Virus record (IMG/VR): IMGVR_UViG_3300021963_000074
Coordinates: 26,743-90,742 of that record
Length of the DNA: 64,000 bases
Strand: one strand, 5' to 3'
Origin: a virus
Shown in pieces: positions 1-9,790 of this stretch. Positions within the stretch are counted from its first letter, which is position 1; every line of letters starts with the position of its first letter. The position numbers and the translations under genes are program-made. Under the pieces are notes generated by a model. That model was not told the DNA's origin and did no database searches. It was given only the letters and a program-made list of their open reading frames with translations.

Positions 1-347
1 ACCTTGATATTTTGCACTACACCAGCACTAAAGTTATTAAGTTTAGCACGTAGCCAAACATAATTTCCTGTGATATTTGTATATCCGTTTTCACTTAATG
101 CTTCTACAGAATTAAGATAAACTGTGAACCAATCACTGTCCGTAGCTTCATTAGGCGCGGTCAACAATGTTGCTTGTATAATAATAGTACCAGTTACACC
201 ACTCAAACTCCATGTAACTGTCTGCAAATCTGCGTTGCCTAAATAATAAGCAGCGGCGGGCTGTTTAATGCCCCTAACAACCGGATTAGGAGATCCAGCG
301 TTATATGCTGTTTGCCCCAATAATTGCAATGTAGTAGATTGTGCCAT
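1..347 (-). CDS. Putative virion structural protein (runs off the window edge)
   Basis: Hand translation from ATG at 347 (TAATG overlap): MAQSTTLQLLGQ...GTIIIQATL...DSDWFTV...GNYVWLRAKL. Not in the ORF track. Confidence 0.7.
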   Translation of the reverse strand, partial: MAQSTTLQLLGQTAYNAGSPNPVVRGIKQPAAAYYLGNADLQTVTWSLSGVTGTIIIQATLLTAPNEATDSDWFTVYLNSVEALSENGYTNITGNYVWLRAKLNNFSAGVVQNIK

Positions 348-514
348 TATGGTTTCACAACCTCTACAACTACAGAATCCCCTACTAATTCTTGGGCTAC
401 TTGTTCTAGTGCTTGATGAACGTCAGAACCAGCAATGGGAGAACTATCTCCCTCACTATCCTTAACAATCTTGCTGAATTTGATGACTAATACATCTTCT
501 ACAATTTTTGCCAT
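347..514 (-). CDS. Small hypothetical protein (55 aa)
   Basis: Hand translation MAKIVEDVLVIKFSKIVKD...VVVEVVKP. GGAG RBS and TAAATA motif upstream. Confidence 0.75.
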   Translation of the reverse strand: MAKIVEDVLVIKFSKIVKDSEGDSSPIAGSDVHQALEQVAQELVGDSVVVEVVKP

Positions 515-541
515 GAAAATACTCCATTAATAGAGTATTTA

Positions 542-1243
542 TCATTGTTCTGGGCGTTTCTCTAGTTTAAATCTACTCTTAACCATATCCCCAAACATAA
601 TACTAATCAAAGTAGTGATAGAATCATCGTTATAATCAATAAAATAATGACTAGAACAATAGGGGCCATACCAGTAATATTGTTTAGATTTACCTAGTAA
701 CCAGTTATTTAGTGCATTACTGGGAACAATCACAGTTTCAGTATCTTTATATCTATCTATAAATTTATATAAATCATCTTTAAATTTATCATCAACTCTT
801 TTAGATTTTAAATAGATCCTATATTTGTGAGTGGGTTCTTTAACAAAATACTTAGTACCCTTAGGTACCTCAGTGTCAACTTCGGTATAGTCAAACTCGC
901 AATCAAAATTTTCTACCTGCTTTAAAAAATCTAAATCATTAGAAAATACAGATGCAATATTACCTTCCATACGTATTGTATGTGTGCGATCTTTACCAAT
1001 AGGCAAAGAACTTTTCCAATCTAAAAATTTCTTAATACTTTCTATATTAGCATTTTTCCATCTAGTATTTCTATTAGAAAGGTATTCGTCAATGTTATGC
1101 GCTGATTTCACAAACCAGCACATTGTTATACCCTCACAATAAATCCTAGCCCTATAATTATATTTGCCGTAATACAGACTACCGCGATTATCAATGTAGC
1201 CTACGCCATCATTGCGGATCGGTGTTAACTTTAATAATCCCAT
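542..1243 (-). CDS. Hypothetical protein
   Basis: 233-aa ORF overlapping the end of clpA. Confidence 0.75.
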   Translation of the reverse strand: MGLLKLTPIRNDGVGYIDNRGSLYYGKYNYRARIYCEGITMCWFVKSAHNIDEYLSNRNTRWKNANIESIKKFLDWKSSLPIGKDRTHTIRMEGNIASVFSNDLDFLKQVENFDCEFDYTEVDTEVPKGTKYFVKEPTHKYRIYLKSKRVDDKFKDDLYKFIDRYKDTETVIVPSNALNNWLLGKSKQYYWYGPYCSSHYFIDYNDDSITTLISIMFGDMVKSRFKLEKRPEQ

Positions 1244-3491
1244 CTTCCCCTACCTCTGCTGTTAATTTAGGTTGTACATCAAAAACAATTTCGTCATTCT
1301 CAATTCGTGTAAAAATTACGCTATTCTTAATCTTTTCAAATATGATTTTCTTACTCAACGGTACTCTAATCAATGAATCAATCTTTCGTGCTAATGGTCT
1401 AGCACCCATTTTACTATCATATCCCTTTTCAGCTAGATATTCTACAACAGGTTCGCTTAATTGTAAGCTAATGTCGTGTGTATCTTTTAATGATTTCTTC
1501 AAGTCATCGGTAAATTTAATAACGATTTTTTTGATTGCTAGCATATCTAGTTTACCAAACTTACAAATCAAGTCAATGCGATTCCTGAATTCAGGCTTGA
1601 AGAAATCTTTAAGTGCTTTATCATCTTCTCCGGTACGTTCTTGATTACCAAAGCCTATCTGATTACGCTCACTATCACTTGCTCCCAAGTTACTGGTCAT
1701 AATAATGATACAGTTTTTAGCATTAACTTCTTTGCCATTGGTACCAGTAACACGACCATCATCAAGTAATTGCAAGAAGATGTTAAAGATATCTGGGTGT
1801 GCTTTTTCTACTTCATCAAATAGTAGAATACTATGCGGGTTCTTACTTAGGTCATTGATAAGTTTACCACCACCCAAACTACCCTCACCGAATCCTACAT
1901 ATCCAGGGGGTGCGCCCAACAATGCTGACACATTGAACTTCTCTGAGTACTCACTCATATCATATTTCAATAATGTCATATCAAGATTCTTGCTTAATAG
2001 TCGAGCCAATTCTGTTTTACCAGTACCAGTTGGGCCTAAGAATAAGAAACTTGCCATTGGCTTAGTTTGAGTTCCAATACCTGCAAAACTTACATATATA
2101 CGCTCAAGTACTTTATCTACTGTTTCCTCTTGTCCGTATAATCTATCTTTGATATTACTCTCCAAAGCATGAATTCTATCATAGTTATCATCTTTGAGTT
2201 TATCTGCGGGCACACCAGCAATTCGTTCTACTTGCTCGTAAATCAATTCTTTAGTAATATCTGCACCCTTGTTTTCCAACACACGTTGTTTAGCACATGC
2301 CGCATCTAACAAATCAATTGACTTGTCTGGATTTTTACGGTCATGAATATAACGTGTAGCACTTTCTACTGCGGCAGTGATTGCATCATCAGTAATGTTT
2401 ACATTATGAAATTCATTAAGCCTAACACTCAATCCAGTTAAGATTTTGATTGTGCTTTCAGTTGAAGGTTCATCAATACTGACCCTATAGAACCTGCGCA
2501 TCAACGCACGATCTTTCTCAAAACTCTCGTAGTATTCTTCCCAAGTTGTGCTAGCAATAACTTTTAGATTACCCTTAGTAATCGCTGGTTTAATCATGTT
2601 GGCAAAGTCTACTGAGCCGTTACTAGCACTTCCTGAACCCTTCATAGTATGTGCTTCGTCAATAAACAATATTGCTTTCTTCTTAGCTACCAGTGCTTCT
2701 AGTACTGCTTTGATTTTTTCTTCAAAGTCTCCCCGATACTTGCTACCGGCAAGTAAATTGCCAACTTCAATACTGTATACTTCATGGTCTAACAAGAACT
2801 CGGGAACATTACCGTCTGAAATTTGCTGTGCAAGTCCTTCAGCAATTGCTGTTTTACCTACACCAGGATCACCAACCATCAATACATTTGACTTGAATCG
2901 TTTAGCTAGTACATTGATAATGTCATTCAATTCTGAACTACGACCGATCAATGGGTCTAATTTACCAGTACGTGCTAATTCGCTTAGATTGATAGTGTAC
3001 TCATCCAAGATTTCGTTAGCTTGGCTATCAGTCAATTTAGCTGGTGTGTCGCTATTTTTATAATGTTTCTGCCAATATGGTACAAACTCATTTTTAGTTA
3101 AACCATATTTTAACAAGAAATAATGTGCATGGCTATTTGTTTCTGCACTGATACTTAGATACAAGTCAATAGTAGTTACAACTTTTCTTCCTGTAAATAG
3201 TACCTGAGTGATACTACGATTCATTACACGTTCTAATGCATTAGTTTTACGTGGTTGAATCTCTATCCCCGTAATATTTTTCTGTTCAATTGCTCGTAGA
3301 TTATCAACATAGTTGACTAGTTCTTTGGTCATTGTTTCAGTATCAACACCATAATTATCTAAACACTTTTTAAATGGTGCATGAGTTACTAATGATAGTA
3401 ATAGATGTTCTATTGTGCAATATTCATGGCTACGTGCTTTAGCCAAATTAACGGCTTGTTCAATGATAACCTCAATTTCAGGACTGTTCAT
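1209..3491 (-). CDS. clpA: ClpA-like ATP-dependent Clp protease ATPase subunit
   Basis: Clp N-domain, two AAA modules (GDPGVGKT/LFIDEAH and GPTGTGKT/LLFDEVEKAH), GAPPGYVG, IGF loop, no ClpB middle domain. Confidence 0.93.
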   Translation of the reverse strand: MNSPEIEVIIEQAVNLAKARSHEYCTIEHLLLSLVTHAPFKKCLDNYGVDTETMTKELVNYVDNLRAIEQKNITGIEIQPRKTNALERVMNRSITQVLFTGRKVVTTIDLYLSISAETNSHAHYFLLKYGLTKNEFVPYWQKHYKNSDTPAKLTDSQANEILDEYTINLSELARTGKLDPLIGRSSELNDIINVLAKRFKSNVLMVGDPGVGKTAIAEGLAQQISDGNVPEFLLDHEVYSIEVGNLLAGSKYRGDFEEKIKAVLEALVAKKKAILFIDEAHTMKGSGSASNGSVDFANMIKPAITKGNLKVIASTTWEEYYESFEKDRALMRRFYRVSIDEPSTESTIKILTGLSVRLNEFHNVNITDDAITAAVESATRYIHDRKNPDKSIDLLDAACAKQRVLENKGADITKELIYEQVERIAGVPADKLKDDNYDRIHALESNIKDRLYGQEETVDKVLERIYVSFAGIGTQTKPMASFLFLGPTGTGKTELARLLSKNLDMTLLKYDMSEYSEKFNVSALLGAPPGYVGFGEGSLGGGKLINDLSKNPHSILLFDEVEKAHPDIFNIFLQLLDDGRVTGTNGKEVNAKNCIIIMTSNLGASDSERNQIGFGNQERTGEDDKALKDFFKPEFRNRIDLICKFGKLDMLAIKKIVIKFTDDLKKSLKDTHDISLQLSEPVVEYLAEKGYDSKMGARPLARKIDSLIRVPLSKKIIFEKIKNSVIFTRIENDEIVFDVQPKLTAEVGEDGIIKVNTDPQ

Positions 3492-3512
3492 ATTGTTTCC
3501 TTTTAATGGTAT

Positions 3513-4307
3513 TTACTTGCGTTTATATTGCAAAATGCTGTCAGTTATATGACTGTCTATTGTATCAGGGATAAAGGGTTTAAGCAAGATGTATTGGTCA
3601 CCAAATGATCCATTGAATGGTAATCCTTCTTTAGCCAAACGTAATTTGCTTCCAGGCTGTGATTTTTCTGGGACGGTAACATCTAATAGTTTACCCGAAA
3701 CAGTATGAAACTTAAATGAAGAACCTACAATCAAATCAAAGATATCAATTTCATGTACTGAATATAGATGCGGACCTTCTCTTTCAAATCTGTTATGAGG
3801 CATTACTCTAAATTCTACTAGAAGAATTCCATCTTTAATAAGATTATCATAGCGCATTGTTGCACCATCGTCTACCCCTACGGGTATCTGAATCTTAATG
3901 ATTTCAGGTCCTTGCGGAGAGTTGAATTGTAATACTTGCTCACCGCCGGTATATACTTGTTCCAATGTAACTTGAACTGTGGTTCTATAGTTTGGTCTCA
4001 TGTTTCTATGTTGTTGACCAAACATCTGACCAAAGATATCGTTCATATTGAAACCATTCATATGAAACTGAAATCCTCCGGGGAATCCTCCAGGCATACC
4101 ACCTCCGGGTCCAAAAGGATTTGGATTATCATATTGTTGTTTTTTTCCAGGATCGCTTAATGTTTCATAAGCCTGCTGAATTTTTTGAAATTCGGCAGTG
4201 TCTCCACCTTTGTCAGGATGGTGAATTCCTGCCATTCGTCTGTATGCTTTTTTAATGTCATCTGGGGTGGCGTTTTTAGCAACGCCCAATGTTGAGTAGT
4301 GGTCCAT
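3513..4307 (-). CDS. dnaJ: DnaJ/CbpA-like co-chaperone (no zinc finger)
   Basis: J-domain with HPD, G/F-rich linker, DnaJ C-terminal domain. Confidence 0.92.
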   Translation of the reverse strand: MDHYSTLGVAKNATPDDIKKAYRRMAGIHHPDKGGDTAEFQKIQQAYETLSDPGKKQQYDNPNPFGPGGGMPGGFPGGFQFHMNGFNMNDIFGQMFGQQHRNMRPNYRTTVQVTLEQVYTGGEQVLQFNSPQGPEIIKIQIPVGVDDGATMRYDNLIKDGILLVEFRVMPHNRFEREGPHLYSVHEIDIFDLIVGSSFKFHTVSGKLLDVTVPEKSQPGSKLRLAKEGLPFNGSFGDQYILLKPFIPDTIDSHITDSILQYKRK

Positions 4308-4314
4308 AATATTG

Positions 4315-4343
4315 ATTATAGCACGTTAAATGTGCTAAGTCAA
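4315..4343 (-). promoter_or_regulatory. Sigma70-type promoter for dnaJ (probably leaderless)
   Basis: TTGACT-N17-TATAAT, 7 nt before ATG. Confidence 0.8.
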
Positions 4344-4346
4344 TAT

Positions 4347-4982
4347 TTATGAAGCTACTCCGGCTACTTTTTCTTTTGTACGACCGTATGCGGCGATACC
4401 TAGAACTGCACCCATTGCAATATGGTACAAACCAGCGCCTTGCAATGTTAATGGTTGCCATTGACTTGTAACTTGACCCTTACTCAGTGCTTGTAATAAA
4501 CTCCATAGAACAGGGAATATAACAAAGTCACAAGTGCATGTCAACATATAGATCCAACCCATCATTGGGCGCATTTTCTTATTGATCCAATCTGTAGAAC
4601 CTTGATCTAATGCTACAGTTGATTCTGCCCCACCCTTTACAGCGGCTTCTGCTCCTGCGGTGAGGTTAGGTGTTGGGCTAGATGGTGCTGCTCCAGCTCC
4701 AAAGCTACTTCCACTTCCGCCTCCCAATGGTTGTGATCCAAAACTATTTGTGACTGGGGGTACTGCACCAAAACCTGGGCTGGTGGTACCGAATCCTGTT
4801 GACGCAGGCGCGCCAAATGTTGAAGCGCTGGTTGTTGTGCTGGCTGTTGCATTGGTTTCTCCGAATGAACTACCCTGAGGGAATTGATTTATATTAGGAT
4901 CAGTTGCTAATGCATCATGGTGTTCATCATCGGTTGCAATAGGAACTTCTTGTCCTGCTTTTTTTGCTAGTAATGTAGCCAT
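4347..4982 (-). CDS. Membrane protein, GTA 3TM holin-like, with FG-rich low-complexity N-terminus
   Basis: WINKKMRPMMGWIYM and LGIAAYGRTKEK motifs, hydrophobic helices. Confidence 0.65.
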   Translation of the reverse strand: MATLLAKKAGQEVPIATDDEHHDALATDPNINQFPQGSSFGETNATASTTTSASTFGAPASTGFGTTSPGFGAVPPVTNSFGSQPLGGGSGSSFGAGAAPSSPTPNLTAGAEAAVKGGAESTVALDQGSTDWINKKMRPMMGWIYMLTCTCDFVIFPVLWSLLQALSKGQVTSQWQPLTLQGAGLYHIAMGAVLGIAAYGRTKEKVAGVAS

Positions 4983-4983
4983 A

Positions 4984-5523
4984 TTATAATCCTGCCTTTG
5001 CTATAAAATCTTTTAATATACTATCTGGCTGACTATAAATCTTTTTCTGATTCATACCAGATAAATTACGCATCTCATTTAAATCTGTTTCTTTTGTTTT
5101 ACGATATTCATGTGGACTCAATATCATAACAGATTTCAACTGTGAAGCATCACAATCATATTGATTATCTTCGTAATTGACTGTCCATTCTTTTAATGGC
5201 AAATCAGTTAATGTTGCCATATCATCAATTAATTCACAAATTCTTTCAGGTACAGATGTTCTTCTGTCCATTTCTACAAATACTAAATATTTGCCGGAAC
5301 TTATTTCTCCGTCACTTACTTGTGAATCCAATACCCAATCATATCCTCTTTCAAACCAATCAACTAAATCTTCTCCAACTTGACGACCTTTAACAGTAAA
5401 TGCTAATGTAACAATTTCGTCATCATCGCCCATTTTAGCGGCATATTCATCAACTGTTATTTCTGGTACTATCTGATCTACTAAATCATGGTAATCAAAA
5501 CCTTCATTAAGAATCTTAGACAT
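4984..5523 (-). CDS. Hypothetical phage protein
   Basis: 179-aa acidic ORF coupled to the upstream gene. Confidence 0.75.
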   Translation of the reverse strand: MSKILNEGFDYHDLVDQIVPEITVDEYAAKMGDDDEIVTLAFTVKGRQVGEDLVDWFERGYDWVLDSQVSDGEISSGKYLVFVEMDRRTSVPERICELIDDMATLTDLPLKEWTVNYEDNQYDCDASQLKSVMILSPHEYRKTKETDLNEMRNLSGMNQKKIYSQPDSILKDFIAKAGL

Positions 5524-6146
5524 TACATGCCTCCCATTGCCGGTGCTTGTCCGGGTGCTGGAGGTAACCCTCCCATAGCGCCCAGATCTGGGCCGGCCCC
5601 TTGAGTTTGACTATCTTCAGTTTCACTACCTTCAGTATCTAAATCATTTTCGTATGCTGAATCTAATTCATCCAAGTCAATGTTTTGACCAGCTAAATCA
5701 ATACTTCCCTCACGAATGTCATTCATCAAGTCTTTTGGCATTTCAATGCGGATAAGCCAAATTTCACGTTCTATCATCTTAGGATAATGAGTTCCGGGCT
5801 TAAAGTCACTTGGATTTTTAATCTCAATAGGAACTTTGATTTTTGTCTTTTTGAATTTGATGTTGCACCCTACAGATAACAATCTTTTAGCACCCCTTGG
5901 ATCGGGCATAAGTTTTAGTGGATACATAAAGGTACAATCAACACTATACCTTTTAACATTAGGGCCAGCAACTAATTCACCCAATTCCCAATTACGGTAT
6001 GCATATAAGTCGCTTTCATCCAAAACTCGTTCAAAATCAAGCAAGGTGCTCATTGATCCATCACTAGTGTAGATGCCCTTAATGGTACTGACGATACTCT
6101 CAAAATTGATATCGTCAAAGAATTCGTCTGCTTTTAATTTGCTCAT
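5523..6146 (-). CDS. Hypothetical phage protein (start revised to 6146)
   Basis: ATG 5 nt after TAAATA, MSKLKADEFF... Confidence 0.75.
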   Translation of the reverse strand: MSKLKADEFFDDINFESIVSTIKGIYTSDGSMSTLLDFERVLDESDLYAYRNWELGELVAGPNVKRYSVDCTFMYPLKLMPDPRGAKRLLSVGCNIKFKKTKIKVPIEIKNPSDFKPGTHYPKMIEREIWLIRIEMPKDLMNDIREGSIDLAGQNIDLDELDSAYENDLDTEGSETEDSQTQGAGPDLGAMGGLPPAPGQAPAMGGM

Positions 6147-6313
6147 AGTTGTATTTATCACATAATGCTATTTGTGTAAGCATTTAAATTTTTAAGATTA
6201 GCCTAATATTTATCAAAAAACTTTCAGTAAAGACTATCATACTATGACGCTGGCCATTGCCTTTAAATAACATTGAGTTTTATGAGAACTCATGCTCTAC
6301 AAAGGAGAATATT

Positions 6314-7096
6314 TTGAGCAAAAGAAAGACAGGCGCTTTACGCAATCAGGAACAAGACACAAGATACTCACACAGCAAAAAACACGATTCACACACATTT
6401 TATGTAAAGGAAAATAAAACAATCAACTTCGACCAAAGTCGTATTAAATTGGACAAAAGACCAATTCAATTAATACCAAAATCAGTTAATCAAGAAAAAT
6501 ACATACTCGCACTACTTGACCAAAATACAGATATTGTTGTGGTTGGTGGTCCAGCGGGTACAGGTAAAACTTATCTAGCAATGCTGGCTGCTATCAAAGC
6601 ACTAAAAGCAGGAGAGGTTGACCGTATTATTCTTACAAGACCAGCTGTAGGTGTTGAAGATGAAAAACATGGATTCTTGCCCGGCGATCTAAATCAAAAA
6701 ATGGAGCCGTGGACTAGACCTTTGTTAGATGTTTTACGTGAGTATTATACGGTAAGGGAAATCGCCCACATGCTAGAAGAACAGATAGTCGAAATTGCAC
6801 CCCTAGCATTCTGTCGAGGTCGAAACTTTAAAAATAGCTATATCGTATTGGATGAAGCGCAAAATGCAACACCTGGTCAACTCAAGATGATTATGACTAG
6901 AATCGGCGTTGGTAGTAAGATTGTAATTACTGGCGACATTGAACAAGCCGATAGAAAAACAGCCGACAATGGGCTACTAGACTTACAAAATCGATTGAGA
7001 AAGGGGGTGATACCAGGGTTGCAGATATGTCAATTTGAACTAAAAGATGTTCAACGACACAAAATAATAGAGCATGTACTAAACTTGTACAGTTAA
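6314..7096 (+). CDS. phoH: PhoH-like ATPase (probable TTG start at 6314)
   Basis: GPAGTGKT, GFLPGDL, RGRNF, DEAQN and GDxxQ motifs. AAGGAG RBS before TTG. Confidence 0.93.
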   Translation: MSKRKTGALRNQEQDTRYSHSKKHDSHTFYVKENKTINFDQSRIKLDKRPIQLIPKSVNQEKYILALLDQNTDIVVVGGPAGTGKTYLAMLAAIKALKAGEVDRIILTRPAVGVEDEKHGFLPGDLNQKMEPWTRPLLDVLREYYTVREIAHMLEEQIVEIAPLAFCRGRNFKNSYIVLDEAQNATPGQLKMIMTRIGVGSKIVITGDIEQADRKTADNGLLDLQNRLRKGVIPGLQICQFELKDVQRHKIIEHVLNLYS

Positions 7097-7120
7097 AAAA
7101 AGGGGCATTCGCCCCTTTTT
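7095..7120. terminator. Bidirectional intrinsic terminator
   Basis: A7-GGGGC-ATTC-GCCCC-T5 between convergent genes. Confidence 0.85.
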
Positions 7121-7379
7121 ATTCGTCATTATCACTGAATTGTTTCTCTATCCGATCAATCGCATCAGGATAAACTTGGTAAAAGTAATTACGCAATCTT
7201 TCCCAATCGGTATCTAATTTTTTACCTTGGATTATGCATTTCACTACTTTCTTTTCTTCAAAGTCCATAATTACATTACAGGTTTGATGGTCCCTATCCT
7301 TAATAGTTTTTGAAATCTCCACTTGTTCATCAATCTGTCCAGTTGCTTTGAACAAGTAAGTAATTAATATATATCTCAT
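7119..7379 (-). CDS. Hypothetical protein
   Basis: 86-aa ORF in operon. Confidence 0.7.
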   Translation of the reverse strand: MRYILITYLFKATGQIDEQVEISKTIKDRDHQTCNVIMDFEEKKVVKCIIQGKKLDTDWERLRNYFYQVYPDAIDRIEKQFSDNDE

Positions 7380-7383
7380 AATT

Positions 7384-8307
7384 TTATCCTGTAAGTTCTA
7401 TTAGTGTAGCAGCCAAACTAATCTCAGGTATTCCGACTAAACTCAAATTAGCCAAACCATTGCGAATGACAATAATACTAGCATCACGTTTCTCATTTGT
7501 ATTGCCCCACAATTCTAAATTATTGTACATCCAACGATATAAATCTTCTAGTCGGCTAGGATACAAACTTAGATATTGTAACAGTATCTGTCGTCCTTCA
7601 TAAATCTTACCACTCTTAAACAATGAAGTTGCTTCTACTAGTAATTCATCTTCACTGTTAGTTTGATTAGAAGTTGATATTAATTTACCACTACTACTAT
7701 TTACTTGTAATTGATTTAAACACTTACGCAAATCTGGATAAGTAGCACTTACATAGTTATCCAATGCATCTAAATCAAACTCAATATTCTCAGTTACCAA
7801 CACAGTAGCCGCACGTGCAGTAAATTCAGTCTTATCTGTTTTACTGATGTGAAATTCATGGCATCTGCTCTTAAGTGCAGGGATAATTCTATGTTGATAA
7901 TTACAAGTCAAAATGAATCGTGCAGTCATATGATATGCTTCCATATCATTACGCAATGCTGCCTGACCTGCTGGGGTCAAATAATCTGCTTCGTCAAGCA
8001 ATACAACTTTAAACTTGCCAAAAGGCATAGTCTGCACAAATCCTACAATACGGTCACGCACAACATCAACACTATTTTCACGACTAGCATTGATTTCTAG
8101 AATATCATATTCTTCAATACCAAGTTCATTAATAAGTACTTTTGCAAGAGTAGTTTTACCAGTACCCGGGTCACCGCTTAACAATAGATGAGGAATGCTT
8201 CCATCTTTGATCCAACCCTCTACTTGCTGTTTCTGATTCTCATTAACAAAAACATAATCTTCTACTGTTTTAGGGCGATACTTTTCTACCCAAAGTTGAT
8301 TCTTCAT
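7384..8307 (-). CDS. Clamp loader large subunit (RFC/T4 gp44-like)
   Basis: LWVEKYRP, GDPGTGKT, LDEAD and SRC motifs. Confidence 0.92.
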   Translation of the reverse strand: MKNQLWVEKYRPKTVEDYVFVNENQKQQVEGWIKDGSIPHLLLSGDPGTGKTTLAKVLINELGIEEYDILEINASRENSVDVVRDRIVGFVQTMPFGKFKVVLLDEADYLTPAGQAALRNDMEAYHMTARFILTCNYQHRIIPALKSRCHEFHISKTDKTEFTARAATVLVTENIEFDLDALDNYVSATYPDLRKCLNQLQVNSSSGKLISTSNQTNSEDELLVEATSLFKSGKIYEGRQILLQYLSLYPSRLEDLYRWMYNNLELWGNTNEKRDASIIVIRNGLANLSLVGIPEISLAATLIELTG

Positions 8308-8582
8308 TTGCGTAACATTTCATAAGTTATAATGTGTGCGATACTTTGACCCAAGTCTTGGTCACTAGTGATGATATGCAATCTACGGTCGTTTCTGTCA
8401 TTCTTTTCATCGTACTGACTATACTGCATAATATGCCCACCAACTGCACTCATAATAGTAAAATTCATACCATTTCCCTCAATTTCCCTATCTCTAATTG
8501 AGATTAAACGACTGGATTTTGTTTGCTCCACTACATCTTCTTCAAAAATCCAACTGCGTAATTTACGTTTTAACCAATTCAT
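8304..8582 (-). CDS. Hypothetical protein
   Basis: 92-aa ORF, ATGA-coupled. Confidence 0.7.
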   Translation of the reverse strand: MNWLKRKLRSWIFEEDVVEQTKSSRLISIRDREIEGNGMNFTIMSAVGGHIMQYSQYDEKNDRNDRRLHIITSDQDLGQSIAHIITYEMLRK

Positions 8583-9112
8583 TCTTCTTCCTTTTTACCT
8601 TCTTTTGGTTTATCAAAGGGCCATTTGGCTGTTTCAATAGTGGACGCAAGTTCGGGTCCAAATGGCCACTGAGTGGGTTTTTCTAGCATTGCTATTGCCT
8701 CAGCATCATTAGAACTTTCAACTACTTCCCCAGTGTCTACGTTTTCAATGATTAGGTCACAATCAATAATCATTTCACATTCATCCTGACTCCAACCATG
8801 TTCTTCTAAGTCAAGCCAGCTATTACCTTCTTCAAAGAATTCTTCTAGCCATGCTTGTGTTTCTTCGTCACACTCATCCATGTCGTGTTCTTCCCAACAT
8901 CCGTCACTTGTTTCAACAAGTTCAGCCTCGTATCCACAATTGTAGATATCTACTCCGGATTCAATGTCTGGTGGATTGTCATCGTCTGTATAAACAGTAA
9001 ATTCTCCCCAGCGCCAGCCAGTTTCAATCATTACTCTGTTATCATCTTTTGTAAAGTAATTACGTTCAATGATTGATTTTTTCCATTCAGGTTTAACACT
9101 CCACGTTGCCAT
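8579..9112 (-). CDS. Acidic hypothetical protein (start revised to 9112)
   Basis: AAGGAG RBS before MATWSVKPEWKK. Confidence 0.72.
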   Translation of the reverse strand: MATWSVKPEWKKSIIERNYFTKDDNRVMIETGWRWGEFTVYTDDDNPPDIESGVDIYNCGYEAELVETSDGCWEEHDMDECDEETQAWLEEFFEEGNSWLDLEEHGWSQDECEMIIDCDLIIENVDTGEVVESSNDAEAIAMLEKPTQWPFGPELASTIETAKWPFDKPKEGKKEEE

Positions 9113-9113
9113 T

Positions 9114-9482
9114 TTAATCTCCTTTGTCTGAAATGTATTCGTCTTGCATAGGTTCGTCACTAACTAGCAGTATATCATTAGAATCAACTCTACGCAACGT
9201 CTTTTTACCCTCTTCATCTTCAATATCAATTCCTCTTGTCCAGCGACCGTGAGCAATACAAATATATTGACCAATTTTCAAATCACCGTCATACTCTGGT
9301 CCAAACTTATAAATCTGTGCCCAACGAGGACGAATGCCAGTACCCTTCATATCATCATTCAACAAAATAATACCACTTGTAGTAATACGCTGGTCAAAAT
9401 GCATATCGGTTACAACAATATAATCCTTAATAGGCTTAAATTGTTCTTTATTAAATTTATGTGCTTCAAATGCTAATTTCAC
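9114..9482 (-). CDS. groES: GroES-like co-chaperonin
   Basis: KPIKDYIVV, TTSGIIL mobile loop, DILLV. Confidence 0.8.
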   Translation of the reverse strand: MKLAFEAHKFNKEQFKPIKDYIVVTDMHFDQRITTSGIILLNDDMKGTGIRPRWAQIYKFGPEYDGDLKIGQYICIAHGRWTRGIDIEDEEGKKTLRRVDSNDILLVSDEPMQDEYISDKGD

Positions 9483-9781
9483 TTTTTAATATCCTCATCG
9501 TTATCAAATAATTCTTTCTCTTCCGAAGTCAAATCTTCTATTGCACTGGGCTTTGGAATATTCACTGGCTTATTAACAGCATTTGGCTGTCGCTGACCAA
9601 TTGCTTTTTGATAGTTGTTTTTCACACGTTTGGTACTGTCTTTAATAACTTGGTTGTTACTATCAACAATGTCACCACGGGCGTTTACATTCATATTTCC
9701 CACTGCTCTGACTTTTTCATTCTTTGCGGCTAAACGGCTCATATCAACCATTTTGCCCTGTGCTGTTCTATATGCTGGCAT
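9479..9781 (-). CDS. Hypothetical protein
   Basis: 100-aa ORF with AGGAG RBS. Confidence 0.7.
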   Translation of the reverse strand: MPAYRTAQGKMVDMSRLAAKNEKVRAVGNMNVNARGDIVDSNNQVIKDSTKRVKNNYQKAIGQRQPNAVNKPVNIPKPSAIEDLTSEEKELFDNDEDIKK

Positions 9782-9790
9782 AATTTTCTC

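Noticed and set aside
4319-4338. CIRCE-like inverted repeat (TTAGCAC-N7-GTGCTA) in the dnaJ promoter
   Set aside because: Canonical CIRCE is TTAGCACTC-N9-GAGTGCTAA. The arms and spacing here are too short for an HrcA site, though another operator is possible.
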